A stretch of DNA of 64,000 bases from Elainella sp. Prado103 (GCA_025454395.1 JALOOM010000007.1:3874-67873); one strand, 5' to 3'. Counted from the first letter of the stretch, positions 10,229 through 20,530 are shown. A program made the numbers and translations. Notes: generated from the sequence alone by a model not told the origin.

Positions 10229-12961
10229 TTAGTTGGGAGCAGCCGTAAAGAAGCCTTGCGATGGGTTCCACTGCAAAGCACCCTCTGCATCCAGGGAGTG
10301 AATTTTAACCTGGTGTTGGCGCAGTCGCTGCGCAGTCGCTGGATCGATCGTTTTGCCCCAGACGATACCCACTTGAGGGTGCAGGTCAGCCAATAAATCG
10401 GGATGCAGGGATTTACCTGACCAACCGATCGCTTCAACTGGAGCCAGCTTGGGTTTCAGATCTAACTGTCTGGGCAAAGCGGGAACGCCATCGAACCATA
10501 ACCAGTGCTGCTGCCCAACCTGAATCGAAAATACCTCCGGTTTGGTGAGATGATATTCGATCGTCACATCGCCCAGTTGGAGCGGGCGGCCGATCGCCAG
10601 CGGTAAGGACATTCCTTGCCTGGACTTGATTTGTTTTAAAAGCTGATCATGGGTTGGAAAGGTTCCGGCATCGGGTTGGGCATCAGGTTGGGCAGCCTCC
10701 ATCAGGGGAGTTGACCTGGCAGATGCAGTGGGTGTGCTGTAGAACAAATCGATCGGTTGAGCCGCGCTGATTTTTTGCCAAGCTGCTCGATCGCCATCTC
10801 CCAACCGAGGAGCGATCGCCCAGTTGAGATGGTTCACGCCCTGTCTTTGGAGGAAGGGCAACAGGGTAAATTGCACATCTTTGACACTGCCGCTGTAGAT
10901 CAAGCCTGTCCGCCCTCGATCCTGAATCACCAGCATGGGGTGTTCGCCAGTTAGCACCGTAATTTGGGTTAAAGTAGCTGCGCGGTAACTAGCAGGAATG
11001 GCCACAATGATCAAACCGATCAAGCCACCGATCCACCAGTAGCGGTGCAAGCGATCCCAACGCCAGAGCAGCAGAATCAAACTATAGAGGAGGAGGGTTT
11101 GCCAGATTTGCAAGGTGCCAACAGCAAACAAATTGCCAGGGAGATGGCTGGCGATGGCCGCGACTTGGAGGAGGAAATGCGCTGGAAAGTAGAGTAGTCC
11201 GGCCAAACTGCTGCCTAAATAGGGATGGACAAAGGCAGCGACGGCACTGATCATGCCACCAATACTCACGATCGTAATAAATGGACTTACGATGACATTC
11301 ACGAGAATGCTATAGGGAGATAGCACTCCAAATCCAGCGAGTAATATTGGTAAAGTCCAGATGGTGGCTGCGATCGGTACTGCAAAAAGGGTGGCGATCG
11401 GCGTAGGTAACCAGTCAAGCCAGCGACTCAGGTGAGGTAAAGTGATTAACAGTCCTAACGTAGCCAAGAAACTAAGCTGTAGCCCTAGATCCCAGATCCA
11501 GAGGGGATTCCACAACAGTAATAAAGTAGCAGCGACGAGCAATAGCCCAACGGGTTTAATCTGGCGATCGAACCAGAGGGCGAAGAGCGTGGCACCGCCC
11601 ATGATGCCAGCGCGGAGGATTGAGGCTTCTGCACCCGTTAAGCCTAGATAAAGGATCAAGGTACCTAAACCAATGCCGACCCGTAGAGAGTTTGAGCAAC
11701 GCGCAGTTAGAGCCAGAACTACGCCCAGCAGCAGCGAAACTTGTGTTCCAGAAGCTGCTAACGCATGGGCTAAGCCAGTTTGCTTGAACTGATCTTGAAT
11801 CGGGTAGGGGACATCTACGGCTGCTTTGCCCATGACCATGGCACTGACGAGGGCAGCCTCTGGATTGGATAAGCCTCGCTCCTGAATCTGGGTAATGCGT
11901 TGACGGATCGCCCAAAAGAGGGGTGGGGCTGGTTTACGATCGGCCGGGTAGACCAAACTGTCACCGATCAGCCCTGTGAAAATCCCTCGCTGTTGAAGGT
12001 ATTGGGCAAAGTTAAATCCTCCGGGATTGGCAGCAGGCTGAGGTTGATAGAGCGATCCTGTGATGCTGACTCGTAGTCCAGGATAAAGCTGCTCTCCTGC
12101 GATCGGGGGAATGGTGACATAGACATTACCATTAACAGACTGTTGTGTTTTTATTCTTTCAAGTGTTCTTTCAGATGTTTTTTGGAAGGTTCTTTCAGGT
12201 GTTTCCTCAGGCGATTTCTGGATCGCTCGATCGGTCTGTCTTACGGATGATCCGATCGCGGTGGGTTGCGGCTGCCGACGGGCTGTAATTTGAGCAGGCG
12301 GCTGAGAAGAAACCGCTTCTCTGCCAGTTTGTGTAGATTTAACCTGAGCAGCGTTTCCAGTTGTCTGGTTTGTTTTCTTTGCGTGGGTTTGCACTGAGGC
12401 GTGAGTTTGTGTTGAAGGGATAGGACTCGGTGACTTAGCTAGAGATGGAACGGTTCTCGTTGATGTCTGCCATGTCTGCTTGGCGGTTGCAGGTGCTATT
12501 TGACGAGTGGCAGGGGGAGTAGATTGCTTGAATGGCTGAGTCAACTCAATGCTTTCTGCCGCCAGTTCAAACTGAAGTCGATCGCTGCGAGTGAGGCGGG
12601 GTGGAGATTGAACAATGCCGATCAGGGTAATGGATTCGGATGATAAGGTATTGTCCTGAGGCAGACAGTGGGCGGCTCGATCCACCTCGCGAGCCCAGTG
12701 GCAAAGATCGGTAGAACTGGGTTGAGGTAACTGATGCTGGAAATAGAAGCTGGCAGCCGCACCAATTAATCCGGCTGTGAGCCAGACCCAACGGGCCGGA
12801 GCCATCTGCCAAAATCGTCGGATCAAAAGCGCGATCGTGCCACCCAAACTGAGACTGACGATCGCGCTGATGGGAACTGCTGCTAAAGTTCCGGGAATTC
12901 CAGTCAGCAATAATCCCACAATATAGGCACAGCAAAAGATTGCTGCAATGTCTGCAACCAT
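10229..12961 (-). CDS. comEC: Competence protein ComEC/Rec2 with a low-complexity insertion
   Basis: NPGGFNFAQYL, GLAHALAASGTQV, ASILRAGIMG, DLGLQLSFLAT motifs, multiple TM helices, degenerate C-terminal MBL-like region. Confidence 0.92.
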   Translation of the reverse strand: MVADIAAIFCCAYIVGLLLTGIPGTLAAVPISAIVSLSLGGTIALLIRRFWQMAPARWVWLTAGLIGAAASFYFQHQLPQPSSTDLCHWAREVDRAAHCLPQDNTLSSESITLIGIVQSPPRLTRSDRLQFELAAESIELTQPFKQSTPPATRQIAPATAKQTWQTSTRTVPSLAKSPSPIPSTQTHASVQTHAKKTNQTTGNAAQVKSTQTGREAVSSQPPAQITARRQPQPTAIGSSVRQTDRAIQKSPEETPERTFQKTSERTLERIKTQQSVNGNVYVTIPPIAGEQLYPGLRVSITGSLYQPQPAANPGGFNFAQYLQQRGIFTGLIGDSLVYPADRKPAPPLFWAIRQRITQIQERGLSNPEAALVSAMVMGKAAVDVPYPIQDQFKQTGLAHALAASGTQVSLLLGVVLALTARCSNSLRVGIGLGTLILYLGLTGAEASILRAGIMGGATLFALWFDRQIKPVGLLLVAATLLLLWNPLWIWDLGLQLSFLATLGLLITLPHLSRWLDWLPTPIATLFAVPIAATIWTLPILLAGFGVLSPYSILVNVIVSPFITIVSIGGMISAVAAFVHPYLGSSLAGLLYFPAHFLLQVAAIASHLPGNLFAVGTLQIWQTLLLYSLILLLWRWDRLHRYWWIGGLIGLIIVAIPASYRAATLTQITVLTGEHPMLVIQDRGRTGLIYSGSVKDVQFTLLPFLQRQGVNHLNWAIAPRLGDGDRAAWQKISAAQPIDLFYSTPTASARSTPLMEAAQPDAQPDAGTFPTHDQLLKQIKSRQGMSLPLAIGRPLQLGDVTIEYHLTKPEVFSIQVGQQHWLWFDGVPALPRQLDLKPKLAPVEAIGWSGKSLHPDLLADLHPQVGIVWGKTIDPATAQRLRQHQVKIHSLDAEGALQWNPSQGFFTAAPN

Positions 12962-13058
12962 GAAAAAGCACCCTAATCCTGAACGGTTGGAATCTGAGTC
13001 ATTGCCTGGTCAAACAAGGAAAGTCTGAAACAAACGCGATTCAGGATCAGGGGCAACG

Positions 13059-13550
13059 CTAGATCGATAACCCTAGCTTCAGACCTAAAATCGCATGGAG
13101 AAATAATAAACAGAGAGCAACGCTGCCCAGGTAGGCGTGAGCTGTGCGAAGTTGAGCTTTATTTTTCCCAAATTGGCTCGCTGCTAACACCCCATTGATT
13201 GCCAATAATCCGAGGGCAACGGTGCCGCTCCAAAAATGGGGACTTTGCAAAATCGGCTGCTGTTGCATGACCAGGGATAAAACCCCGCCGGTATACCCTA
13301 ACGCAATAAACAAAAACATCAGAGGGGCAATTTTCTGATGATCGGCCCAACTTTTGGCGGCTTCTGCACCACCTAACTGCCGCCCCCGCCAGCCGGTTAA
13401 GCCAACGACACTGCCCATCACAAACACAACAATCCCCATCATCAGCGGATGCCCCCAATGGACGATCGGTTCCGGCAGGTTCATCCCGCGAAACCAGGCG
13501 GCGATCGGCTCTAGGAGAGCACTCAAACTTGTGGATATTCCCTCTGGCAT
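13059..13550 (-). CDS. DUF4079 family membrane protein (cytochrome b561-like His pattern)
   Basis: HWGHPLMMGIV, DHQKIAP, SPHFWSG, AHAYLG, LHAILG; four TM helices. Confidence 0.8.
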   Translation of the reverse strand: MPEGISTSLSALLEPIAAWFRGMNLPEPIVHWGHPLMMGIVVFVMGSVVGLTGWRGRQLGGAEAAKSWADHQKIAPLMFLFIALGYTGGVLSLVMQQQPILQSPHFWSGTVALGLLAINGVLAASQFGKNKAQLRTAHAYLGSVALCLLFLHAILGLKLGLSI

Positions 13551-13767
13551 TGGTTTTCCTCTCTGGATGGCTGAAAAATCTGCGTCTTTTAAGAAATATT
13601 AAGAGGATTTGGAGGCAGTATCAACCAGGCAGTTCGAGTCACCCCTGCTGTATCACAATCAGCCGTATCACAATCAGCCGTATCACCTGATTGACTTTCT
13701 CATTCCCTGTTCATCCTTCTGCGTTTTGCCATACAGTGAGGATGAAGCAGTCTTTCTGGAGGCATCT

Positions 13768-13878
13768 ATGCCTGAACCAAAGCAATTTACCCTCAAACTG
13801 GATGCAGGCACCTTGGTTTTGATCATTTCGGTCTTGATTTTGTTGCCGCTTCTCTTCACGGGCTTTTTGGCGCATTAG
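13768..13878 (+). CDS. Small 36-aa single-TM protein
   Basis: GGAGG at 13758-13762 ahead of ATG 13768. MPEPKQFTLKLDAGTLVLIISVLILLPLLFTGFLAH has one hydrophobic helix. It is the 3' part of track ORF 13609..13878. Confidence 0.65.
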   Translation: MPEPKQFTLKLDAGTLVLIISVLILLPLLFTGFLAH

Positions 13879-13915
13879 CGCTGGGGATCATGCATGACAA
13901 CCGCATTGAGGCTGA

Positions 13916-15256
13916 GTGATCCGGATGATGCAGTTTTTTCGATCGCCTGCTTTCCCTTGGCGGCTATTTCGGTTTAGTTTTGTCAGCTTGCCCTATTTCT
14001 ATTTTGCGGTCTTCCCTGGGTTGATCGGGGCGATGGGGCTGCTGTGGGGCAAGTTCCGGCGATCTGCTCTCGATCGATCCACCAATCGAATGGTACTGGT
14101 CATCACGGGGCTGCTACTGGTGAGTTGTCTGTTTGCGGCCGATCGGGGGGAAGCCTTTTTGCAACTTACCAACTTTTTGCCCTACTTGCTGTTGTTTGCG
14201 GTGTTGCCCTACTTGCTGAACCGTACTGAAACACTGGCTCGACTGGCAATGGATGTGGTGATTGTGACGATTCCGATCAACCTGATTGCAGCAATTGAAT
14301 ATGTCTTGCGATCACCTGAGATTCCGCGTTGGTTGCGTCGCACTGAGTTGTCCCGCTGGTTTCGGAGCCGCCCCCACGCCGAACGAGCAATGGTGATGTT
14401 TGGTCATCCCAATGCCTTAGCCAGCTATTTAGTGTTGGTATTAGGGTTGGGGTTGGGGTTGATCCTATATCAAGCAAGCCGTCGGGTCAGCTATCAACAG
14501 AATTCGCTGCTCAGTTCTGCCACGGCTCACAATCTGGATCGGAGCGACGATCGTTCCCGCCAATATTGGCAAAATATTCTCCTTTACATTGGTACAGGTA
14601 GTTGTTTGCTGGGGATTTTTGCTTCTGGATCGCGGAACGGCATTTTGGTGGCGATCTCCCAACTGGTGATTTTTGGTTTATTTACTGGCTGGTTGACCAA
14701 AGTGAACCGCTGGGTGTGGGGATTTGTTGCGATCGGAGTCGCGGGACTGGTATCGGGTGTTGTGTGGTTAGGAGTCGGGGGACGATCGCTGTTAGAAATT
14801 GATTGGGACAACGATCCAAGAGTGGGGGTTTGGCGGTTTGGCTGGAATTTGTTGCGACAGCGGCCGTTTCTCGGTTGGGGGTTGGGCAATTTTAAGTTGC
14901 AATATCCACCTGGGTTGATTCCGGAGTATGACTACATTGCCCATCCTCATAATTTTTGGCTACTGCTAGCAGTCGAGGCTGGCATTCCAGTCATGATTTT
15001 GTTGACCGTGTGGGTGGGGAGAATCTGCTATGCAGCGGTGCAGAAGTTTGTTGAGACCGGGGTTGAATCGCCCGATCGCTGGTTAACTCTAGCCTATCTT
15101 CTGGCGTTCTGGGGTTGTATTGCGTTTGCGTTGTTTGATGTTACTTTCTATGATGCTCGTATCAATATGATGAATTGGTTTCTGCTATCTGGATTGTATA
15201 TACTTGCTCGTGATTGGAAGCATTCGGATACATTCAGCAGCTCACAGAAGATTTGA
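13916..15256 (+). CDS. O-antigen ligase (Wzy_C/WaaL-like) family membrane protein
   Basis: RAMVMFGHPNALASYL, SGSRNG, RPFLGWGLGNF, HPHNFWL; many TM helices. Confidence 0.88.
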   Translation: MIRMMQFFRSPAFPWRLFRFSFVSLPYFYFAVFPGLIGAMGLLWGKFRRSALDRSTNRMVLVITGLLLVSCLFAADRGEAFLQLTNFLPYLLLFAVLPYLLNRTETLARLAMDVVIVTIPINLIAAIEYVLRSPEIPRWLRRTELSRWFRSRPHAERAMVMFGHPNALASYLVLVLGLGLGLILYQASRRVSYQQNSLLSSATAHNLDRSDDRSRQYWQNILLYIGTGSCLLGIFASGSRNGILVAISQLVIFGLFTGWLTKVNRWVWGFVAIGVAGLVSGVVWLGVGGRSLLEIDWDNDPRVGVWRFGWNLLRQRPFLGWGLGNFKLQYPPGLIPEYDYIAHPHNFWLLLAVEAGIPVMILLTVWVGRICYAAVQKFVETGVESPDRWLTLAYLLAFWGCIAFALFDVTFYDARINMMNWFLLSGLYILARDWKHSDTFSSSQKI

Positions 15257-15273
15257 ACTGAGCGCGGGAGCTG

Positions 15274-15492
15274 TTATCGACGTAGAACCGAGGTGATAAT
15301 TACTGTTAAAGTGGCACTGGCAATGAGAGTGAAGGCAAGCTGCACAACCCACTGGGTGGCTTGTCGATAGTCGGCAAACCGCTCGTCAAATTTCTTGATA
15401 TCGCTGGAGAAAGCCTCCACATCATTAGACAACTTATCGAGCTTGTTGGCTAGATCTTGGAGAGTGGGTTGGTTGTCGGAGGTAATGGTCAT
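15274..15492 (-). CDS. Small coiled-coil protein with a C-terminal TM helix
   Basis: 72 aa: heptad-like LQDLANKLDKLSNDVEAFSSDIKKFDERF followed by hydrophobic WVVQLAFTLIASATLTVIITSV. Confidence 0.75.
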   Translation of the reverse strand: MTITSDNQPTLQDLANKLDKLSNDVEAFSSDIKKFDERFADYRQATQWVVQLAFTLIASATLTVIITSVLRR

Positions 15493-15556
15493 AGGGTATA
15501 AAGTCCAACTGCCCGCTTGACTATATTTTAATTTTATTCTGACTATTTTTTCTATT

Positions 15557-18500
15557 TTAAGGATAAAGCTGCCGTAGAATGCCAGGCGCTTCTAAAGTAC
15601 CTAGAATCAACTGGTGCAAATGTTGAAATTGCCACTGAAATAAAGGATGGTCAGCATCGGCTGCGATCGTGAGTAATTTGTCGGTCTGAGCGATTTGAGA
15701 GGCTGCCCCGGTCATCTGAAGCCAGTTTGCAAGAGGGTGTTCCCATTGCAGCAGAAACACCTGCACCGTATCTCGATCGTCTGGATCGATTGAAGATTGT
15801 AGGGTTATATAGAGATCTGGTAGCTCAGCATCGGGAGAGTTAGCTCGAGGAATTGAATGAAACGTAAGTATCTCATCCTGAAAGGTTTGCCATTCCGGCG
15901 CGATCAAGGGAGGTAGCATTCCTAACGTATATTTTTTTCGAGGTCGTAAGGATACACCACCGATTTCACAAGGCTCCTCATTGTCTAAGAGAAACTGGTG
16001 TAATTCTCGAAAGAAGGGTTGGATGACTTCTCGTTCGATGACTGAACAAAGGCGTAACCCAGCATCCGAATAATCGATCGAGCTAGCCATGGATGCGATT
16101 GAGCCAGGAGCGATCGAACCGGCTTCAGCCTGCTGTCGCTTCTCGTAGGCGGCCATTAAGTCTTTCTGGCTCCGGGCATCTAATTGTTGCCACAGTCCAT
16201 CTAATTCAGTAGCGAGCCAGAGTTTCGGATCGCGAAAGGGAGGTAAGTTGGCCGTATTGGCTTGCTCAACTGGGGGAGCAGTCACCGCTTCAGATAGGGT
16301 TTCTGAGATTGCGAGTTCAGAGGATGCGGTAATCTGCAAGAGTGAGGCCAGTTCTGACCGCTCTGACTGCTCTGACCGCTCTGACTGCTCTGATTCCAAC
16401 CGTTCTGATGCTGGTTGTGCTAGCTCGCCCGATTTTGATCGTTCTGGCTCTGGCTGTGCTAGCGGTAGGAAATTGCTAGGCTCAATGGGATCGGATTGAT
16501 GAATATTAGAAGAATCGATATTAGTGTAATTATGGGACGAATGTATCGCAAATTGATTATGCCGAGATAAATCAACTGGATGATCAAGGGGAGGACGAGT
16601 AGTGACAATCTCAGATAATGCCGAATCACAATTTTCTTGCAGGTTCGCCACCTGTTGTTTAAGTCGATCGATCTCTTGTTGTTGACTGACTAGCAACGCA
16701 TCCTTGATCTGAATTAACCGATCTTTCTCAGCAATTTCTAACGCCATTAAGGCCGATCGCACCAGATTTGCGTAATGGGGCTGAGCTAAGTCAATCTCTT
16801 GGGATGGCTCGCCGGACTGTTGCAAAAAACCTCGCTGCTCTGGCTGAATCACTAAAATCTGTCCAGTCAAGTTACTGATGTGCAGTTCCTTGCCGATCGA
16901 AGTACGGTGAACTTTAACAATATACTTGCGATGACTGTAATAGAACTCGACTGAACCATTATCTTGACCAATTGAAGAATCAATTGAGGTGTTGGAAGAG
17001 ATATCAGGTTCAGGATGAATAGCTGATTCATGGGACGGTTCATGGGACGGTTCATGGACTGCAAATCCATTTAAATTCGATCTGTTTGACTGAGGAGGTA
17101 TAGTAGCGGTTAGAGTCGAAAAATTGACCGTCTCTGGTTGCAGTTGGGAGGACACAGAAGTTAAACGAACACCAACTAATTCCAGTTGCAGCGTTTGGTT
17201 GCCATTCCATTCATTGATCTTAAGACGATAGGCAATATCGATCGCTGATGGTAATGGATAATATTCACCCCATCGCCAAGCGATCGCTTCAAATTTCATC
17301 CCCTCTGCCATCAAAGTGAGTTTGAGATGGGTTTGATCACGGCCAATTCGACGCTGTTCTACCACTTGCACATCAGCAGTCCAAAATACAGGATCCGGGT
17401 TTTCAATCCCACAGGGATGCAGCACGTCCAGTTGTTCATACAGAGCAAACGACAGATCGGCAAATTTCGCTTGGCTATCGATCGAAACGAGCGGCCGCAA
17501 ACAGTCTGGACTAAGGGTTTGATGAGCAAATTGTTCTAAACGCGATCGAAATGCTTCCAACTGGCTTGCTGCAAGCGTAAATCCTCCTGCCGCCCGGTGC
17601 CCACCAAACCTCTCAAGCAAATCACCGCTGAACTGAAGAGCTGCAAATACGTCAAATTCTGGAATACCACGAGCAGAACCACGAACTGTAACCGACTGAT
17701 TTGAACCTATGCTACTTAGATTATTATCAGGAATGTTGGATTGATGGACTAAAGATATAGGGTCTTCAGGCTGCAAATAACTATCTTCTGGCGTATCATT
17801 TCCTATATTGTCATTCGTGTGTTCGTAAGTGCCAATAAATACTGGTACCCCATATCGTTCGACCAAGCGAGAAGCTACAATACCGATCACGCCATGATGC
17901 CAACCGGGTTGAACAATCACTAAGACGCGCGATTGTTGAGGATTGAAGCCAGTTTCCTGACACCAAGCGATCGCTTCTTGTTCGATCAGTTCACATAAAC
18001 GCTGGCGCAGTTGATTAACCTGCTCACACTTCATGGCTAGTTCTAAAGCTCGTCCATCGTCATCAGTAGTTAACAGCTCAATCACAATTTGGGGATCAGC
18101 TAACCGCCCGATCGCGTTAATTCTTGGCCCCAAGCGAAAGCCGATCGCCTCTGGTTTTAAAGCTTTTTCATTGCTCAGCCCAGCAACTTGAATTAAAGCC
18201 TGCACACCTGGGATGCGAGATTTAGGCAAGAGTTTGAGCCCCCGTTTGACCCAGCGGCGATTCACTCCGGTTAAAGGAGCCAGATCGGCGATCGTTCCCA
18301 AGGTAAATAATTCAATTAGCGGTGTGGTCAGATCCTGCATTTTTTGCAGACTTTGAGCCAGACAGATTGCCAGAATATAGGCAACTCCCACACCTGCTAC
18401 TCCACGATAGGGAGAATCAGGATGAATCAACTTAGGATTCAAAATAGCATTAGCATCAGGTAGGGCTGGGGGAATGTCATGGTGATCAGTCACGATGACC

Positions 18501-19012
18501 ACAATGCCTAACTCACGGGCTAAGGCGATCGGATCATGGGCTGCAATCCCGTTGTCTACGGTCAGGATTAACTTTCCGCCTTCCTCGTGAAATTCTTCAA
18601 CAATGCGGCGATTAATGCCATACCCTTCCTGCATTCGACTCGGAATGGCATAGTCTACGATCGCGCCTAATCCCCGTAAAGCTCGCAACAATAAGGCAGT
18701 GCTGGTCATTCCATCGGCATCGTAGTCTCCACAAATGGCAATGTATTGTCGATCGGCAATGGCTCGCAGGAGTAACTCTAGGGCGATCGGCAGATCGGTA
18801 AATTCTTCCAGGGGCGAAGGTAGTTTGGGGAGTTCGGGATTGAGGAAAATCTGTGCGGCTTCAGCACTCTCGACCCCACGATTTAGCAACACCTGGGTAA
18901 TCAGCGGACTGAGATGAAGGGATTGCGCCAGAAATTGAGCTTGCTCAACCTGAGGCGGAGCAATGTGCCAACGTTGGTGTAAAGCAAGCGAACCGAAATC
19001 AGAGCCCAACAC
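15557..19012 (-). CDS. recJ: ssDNA-specific exonuclease RecJ with a long C-terminal extension
   Basis: GDYDADGMTST, LTVDNG, TDHH, LGTIADL, GFRLGPRINAIGRL, FGGHRAAGG. The protein is 1151 aa and the RecJ core ends near aa 620. Confidence 0.95.
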   Translation of the reverse strand: MLGSDFGSLALHQRWHIAPPQVEQAQFLAQSLHLSPLITQVLLNRGVESAEAAQIFLNPELPKLPSPLEEFTDLPIALELLLRAIADRQYIAICGDYDADGMTSTALLLRALRGLGAIVDYAIPSRMQEGYGINRRIVEEFHEEGGKLILTVDNGIAAHDPIALARELGIVVIVTDHHDIPPALPDANAILNPKLIHPDSPYRGVAGVGVAYILAICLAQSLQKMQDLTTPLIELFTLGTIADLAPLTGVNRRWVKRGLKLLPKSRIPGVQALIQVAGLSNEKALKPEAIGFRLGPRINAIGRLADPQIVIELLTTDDDGRALELAMKCEQVNQLRQRLCELIEQEAIAWCQETGFNPQQSRVLVIVQPGWHHGVIGIVASRLVERYGVPVFIGTYEHTNDNIGNDTPEDSYLQPEDPISLVHQSNIPDNNLSSIGSNQSVTVRGSARGIPEFDVFAALQFSGDLLERFGGHRAAGGFTLAASQLEAFRSRLEQFAHQTLSPDCLRPLVSIDSQAKFADLSFALYEQLDVLHPCGIENPDPVFWTADVQVVEQRRIGRDQTHLKLTLMAEGMKFEAIAWRWGEYYPLPSAIDIAYRLKINEWNGNQTLQLELVGVRLTSVSSQLQPETVNFSTLTATIPPQSNRSNLNGFAVHEPSHEPSHESAIHPEPDISSNTSIDSSIGQDNGSVEFYYSHRKYIVKVHRTSIGKELHISNLTGQILVIQPEQRGFLQQSGEPSQEIDLAQPHYANLVRSALMALEIAEKDRLIQIKDALLVSQQQEIDRLKQQVANLQENCDSALSEIVTTRPPLDHPVDLSRHNQFAIHSSHNYTNIDSSNIHQSDPIEPSNFLPLAQPEPERSKSGELAQPASERLESEQSERSEQSERSELASLLQITASSELAISETLSEAVTAPPVEQANTANLPPFRDPKLWLATELDGLWQQLDARSQKDLMAAYEKRQQAEAGSIAPGSIASMASSIDYSDAGLRLCSVIEREVIQPFFRELHQFLLDNEEPCEIGGVSLRPRKKYTLGMLPPLIAPEWQTFQDEILTFHSIPRANSPDAELPDLYITLQSSIDPDDRDTVQVFLLQWEHPLANWLQMTGAASQIAQTDKLLTIAADADHPLFQWQFQHLHQLILGTLEAPGILRQLYP

Positions 19013-19084
19013 AGCAAAACCCGAAGACTAAAATCGACTAATTCAATGCATTACTCAATGCACTAACTGAGCGAGTGAACTTGA

Positions 19085-19528
19085 CTAGAAGATTCTAACC
19101 TTACCATCATCTTCGATGTAAACCGATCGATCGCCCGGAGGTCGGCCGCCCGGTAGAATTTCGATGCGCAACAAGTTCGCTTCTGGACGAAACAGGATGG
19201 CTCGCAGCGGCAATGTGGTTTCATCCCAAAATACCAGGGAAGCGTTAGGGCGGGTGCCAAAATTTGGATCAACTTCCACGGTTTGATTCGGCAATAGGGC
19301 GATCGGATTAGTTCCGTAAATTTGCTCGATTTGAACCAGGCTAGAGGTGCGATTCACCACCCAAACTCGCACTTTGTCTCCCGGTGTAAATTGGATTTGC
19401 CGAGAAAGGCAATGCTGGGTACAATCGCGGGCAATACTGGGAGTGGCTAAGGTGAAGAGGCTGGCAATACTGAAGTGAAGGGCAAAAGCGATCGATCGAG
19501 AGCCCGGTTGCCAAAACAAGTTTTTCAT
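19085..19528 (-). CDS. Hypothetical secreted protein
   Basis: 147-aa ORF with a signal-peptide-like N-terminus (SIAFALHFSIASLFTLATPSIA) and a beta-rich body. Confidence 0.7.
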   Translation of the reverse strand: MKNLFWQPGSRSIAFALHFSIASLFTLATPSIARDCTQHCLSRQIQFTPGDKVRVWVVNRTSSLVQIEQIYGTNPIALLPNQTVEVDPNFGTRPNASLVFWDETTLPLRAILFRPEANLLRIEILPGGRPPGDRSVYIEDDGKVRIF

Positions 19529-19793
19529 GGGTTTTGCATTTTTGACCGATTCAACGAAATACGGAATTCAGTAAGTTTGCGTCTTTCCTAAAAGCTTATC
19601 TTTTTTTGAGCAATCGGAAGTTTTAATCTGGAAATTCCTGTTCTTTAAAGCATCAATTCTGTAGACTGAATCAATGGTTTTTGCCCAATGTTTTTGTCAG
19701 GATTGCTGGCTAGCTTCCGGATCAAGATCTGGGTCGGAAGTGGGCTGAATCTTGTCTGGTCATCAACCCGTTGTCGCAATGGAGAAATTTTCC

Positions 19794-20324
19794 ATGCTTA
19801 AGCAAATATTTGTTGGTGGGGTGCTAAGTCTGGGCTTCTGGGCTACTTCGAGCATCACGGCTGTCCCCAGTTTTGCTCAGTCTACGCCAGGAGGAACCAC
19901 TACACCGGAAACCACACCCGAAGCCGCACCCGAAAATGCTCCTGCTCCAACAGCGGTCAGCCAGGATGAAGTACAAAAATTTGCCAACGCGATCGAACAA
20001 TTCGAGACGATTCAAACCGCAGCGCAGCAGCAAGCCAATCAAATTTTGGCGGGCGAGTCCTTAAGTTGGGAACGGTTTAATCAAATCCTGCAAACTGAGC
20101 GCGATCCCCAGGCTCCAGCGACTTCAGAAGTTACCGATCAAGAGCGTCAACAGTTCGATCGGGCTGTGACTCAGTTGAGTGAACTGCAACAAACCACCCG
20201 GACTCAGATGACGGAGGCCATTCAGTCGGAAGGGTTAGAAACGACTCGGTTTGCCGAAATTCTGGCTATGGTACAGCGGGATCCATCATTGCGACAACGG
20301 ATTGAGCAGGAACTGCAAAACTAG
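19794..20324 (+). CDS. DUF4168 family secreted protein
   Basis: Signal peptide, Thr/Pro/Glu linker, VSQDEVQKFANA...AIQSEGLETTRFAEI. GGAGA precedes ATG 19794 (alternative starts 19752 and 19779). Confidence 0.8.
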   Translation: MLKQIFVGGVLSLGFWATSSITAVPSFAQSTPGGTTTPETTPEAAPENAPAPTAVSQDEVQKFANAIEQFETIQTAAQQQANQILAGESLSWERFNQILQTERDPQAPATSEVTDQERQQFDRAVTQLSELQQTTRTQMTEAIQSEGLETTRFAEILAMVQRDPSLRQRIEQELQN

Positions 20325-20371
20325 AATCGCAACTTTAAACCGGCAAACTAGGATAGATGGCTCCCCCATTG

Positions 20372-20492
20372 ATTAGCCCGTGCAACCATTAGCCCGTGCA
20401 ACCATTAGCCCATACAAATTAGCCAGTGCACTAGCCCATGCAACCATTAGTCCAGTGCAGCCATTAGCCAGTGCAGCCATTAGCCAGTACAA
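20372..20492. repeat. Degenerate tandem repeat, about 8 copies of a 13-17 bp unit ATTAGCC(C/A)GTGCA(A/G)CC
   Basis: Read directly in the intergenic region upstream of purM. Confidence 0.85.
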
Positions 20493-20530
20493 TACGACCT
20501 GTTCGGCATGTTGGCAGCAAAGGAAAAGTC

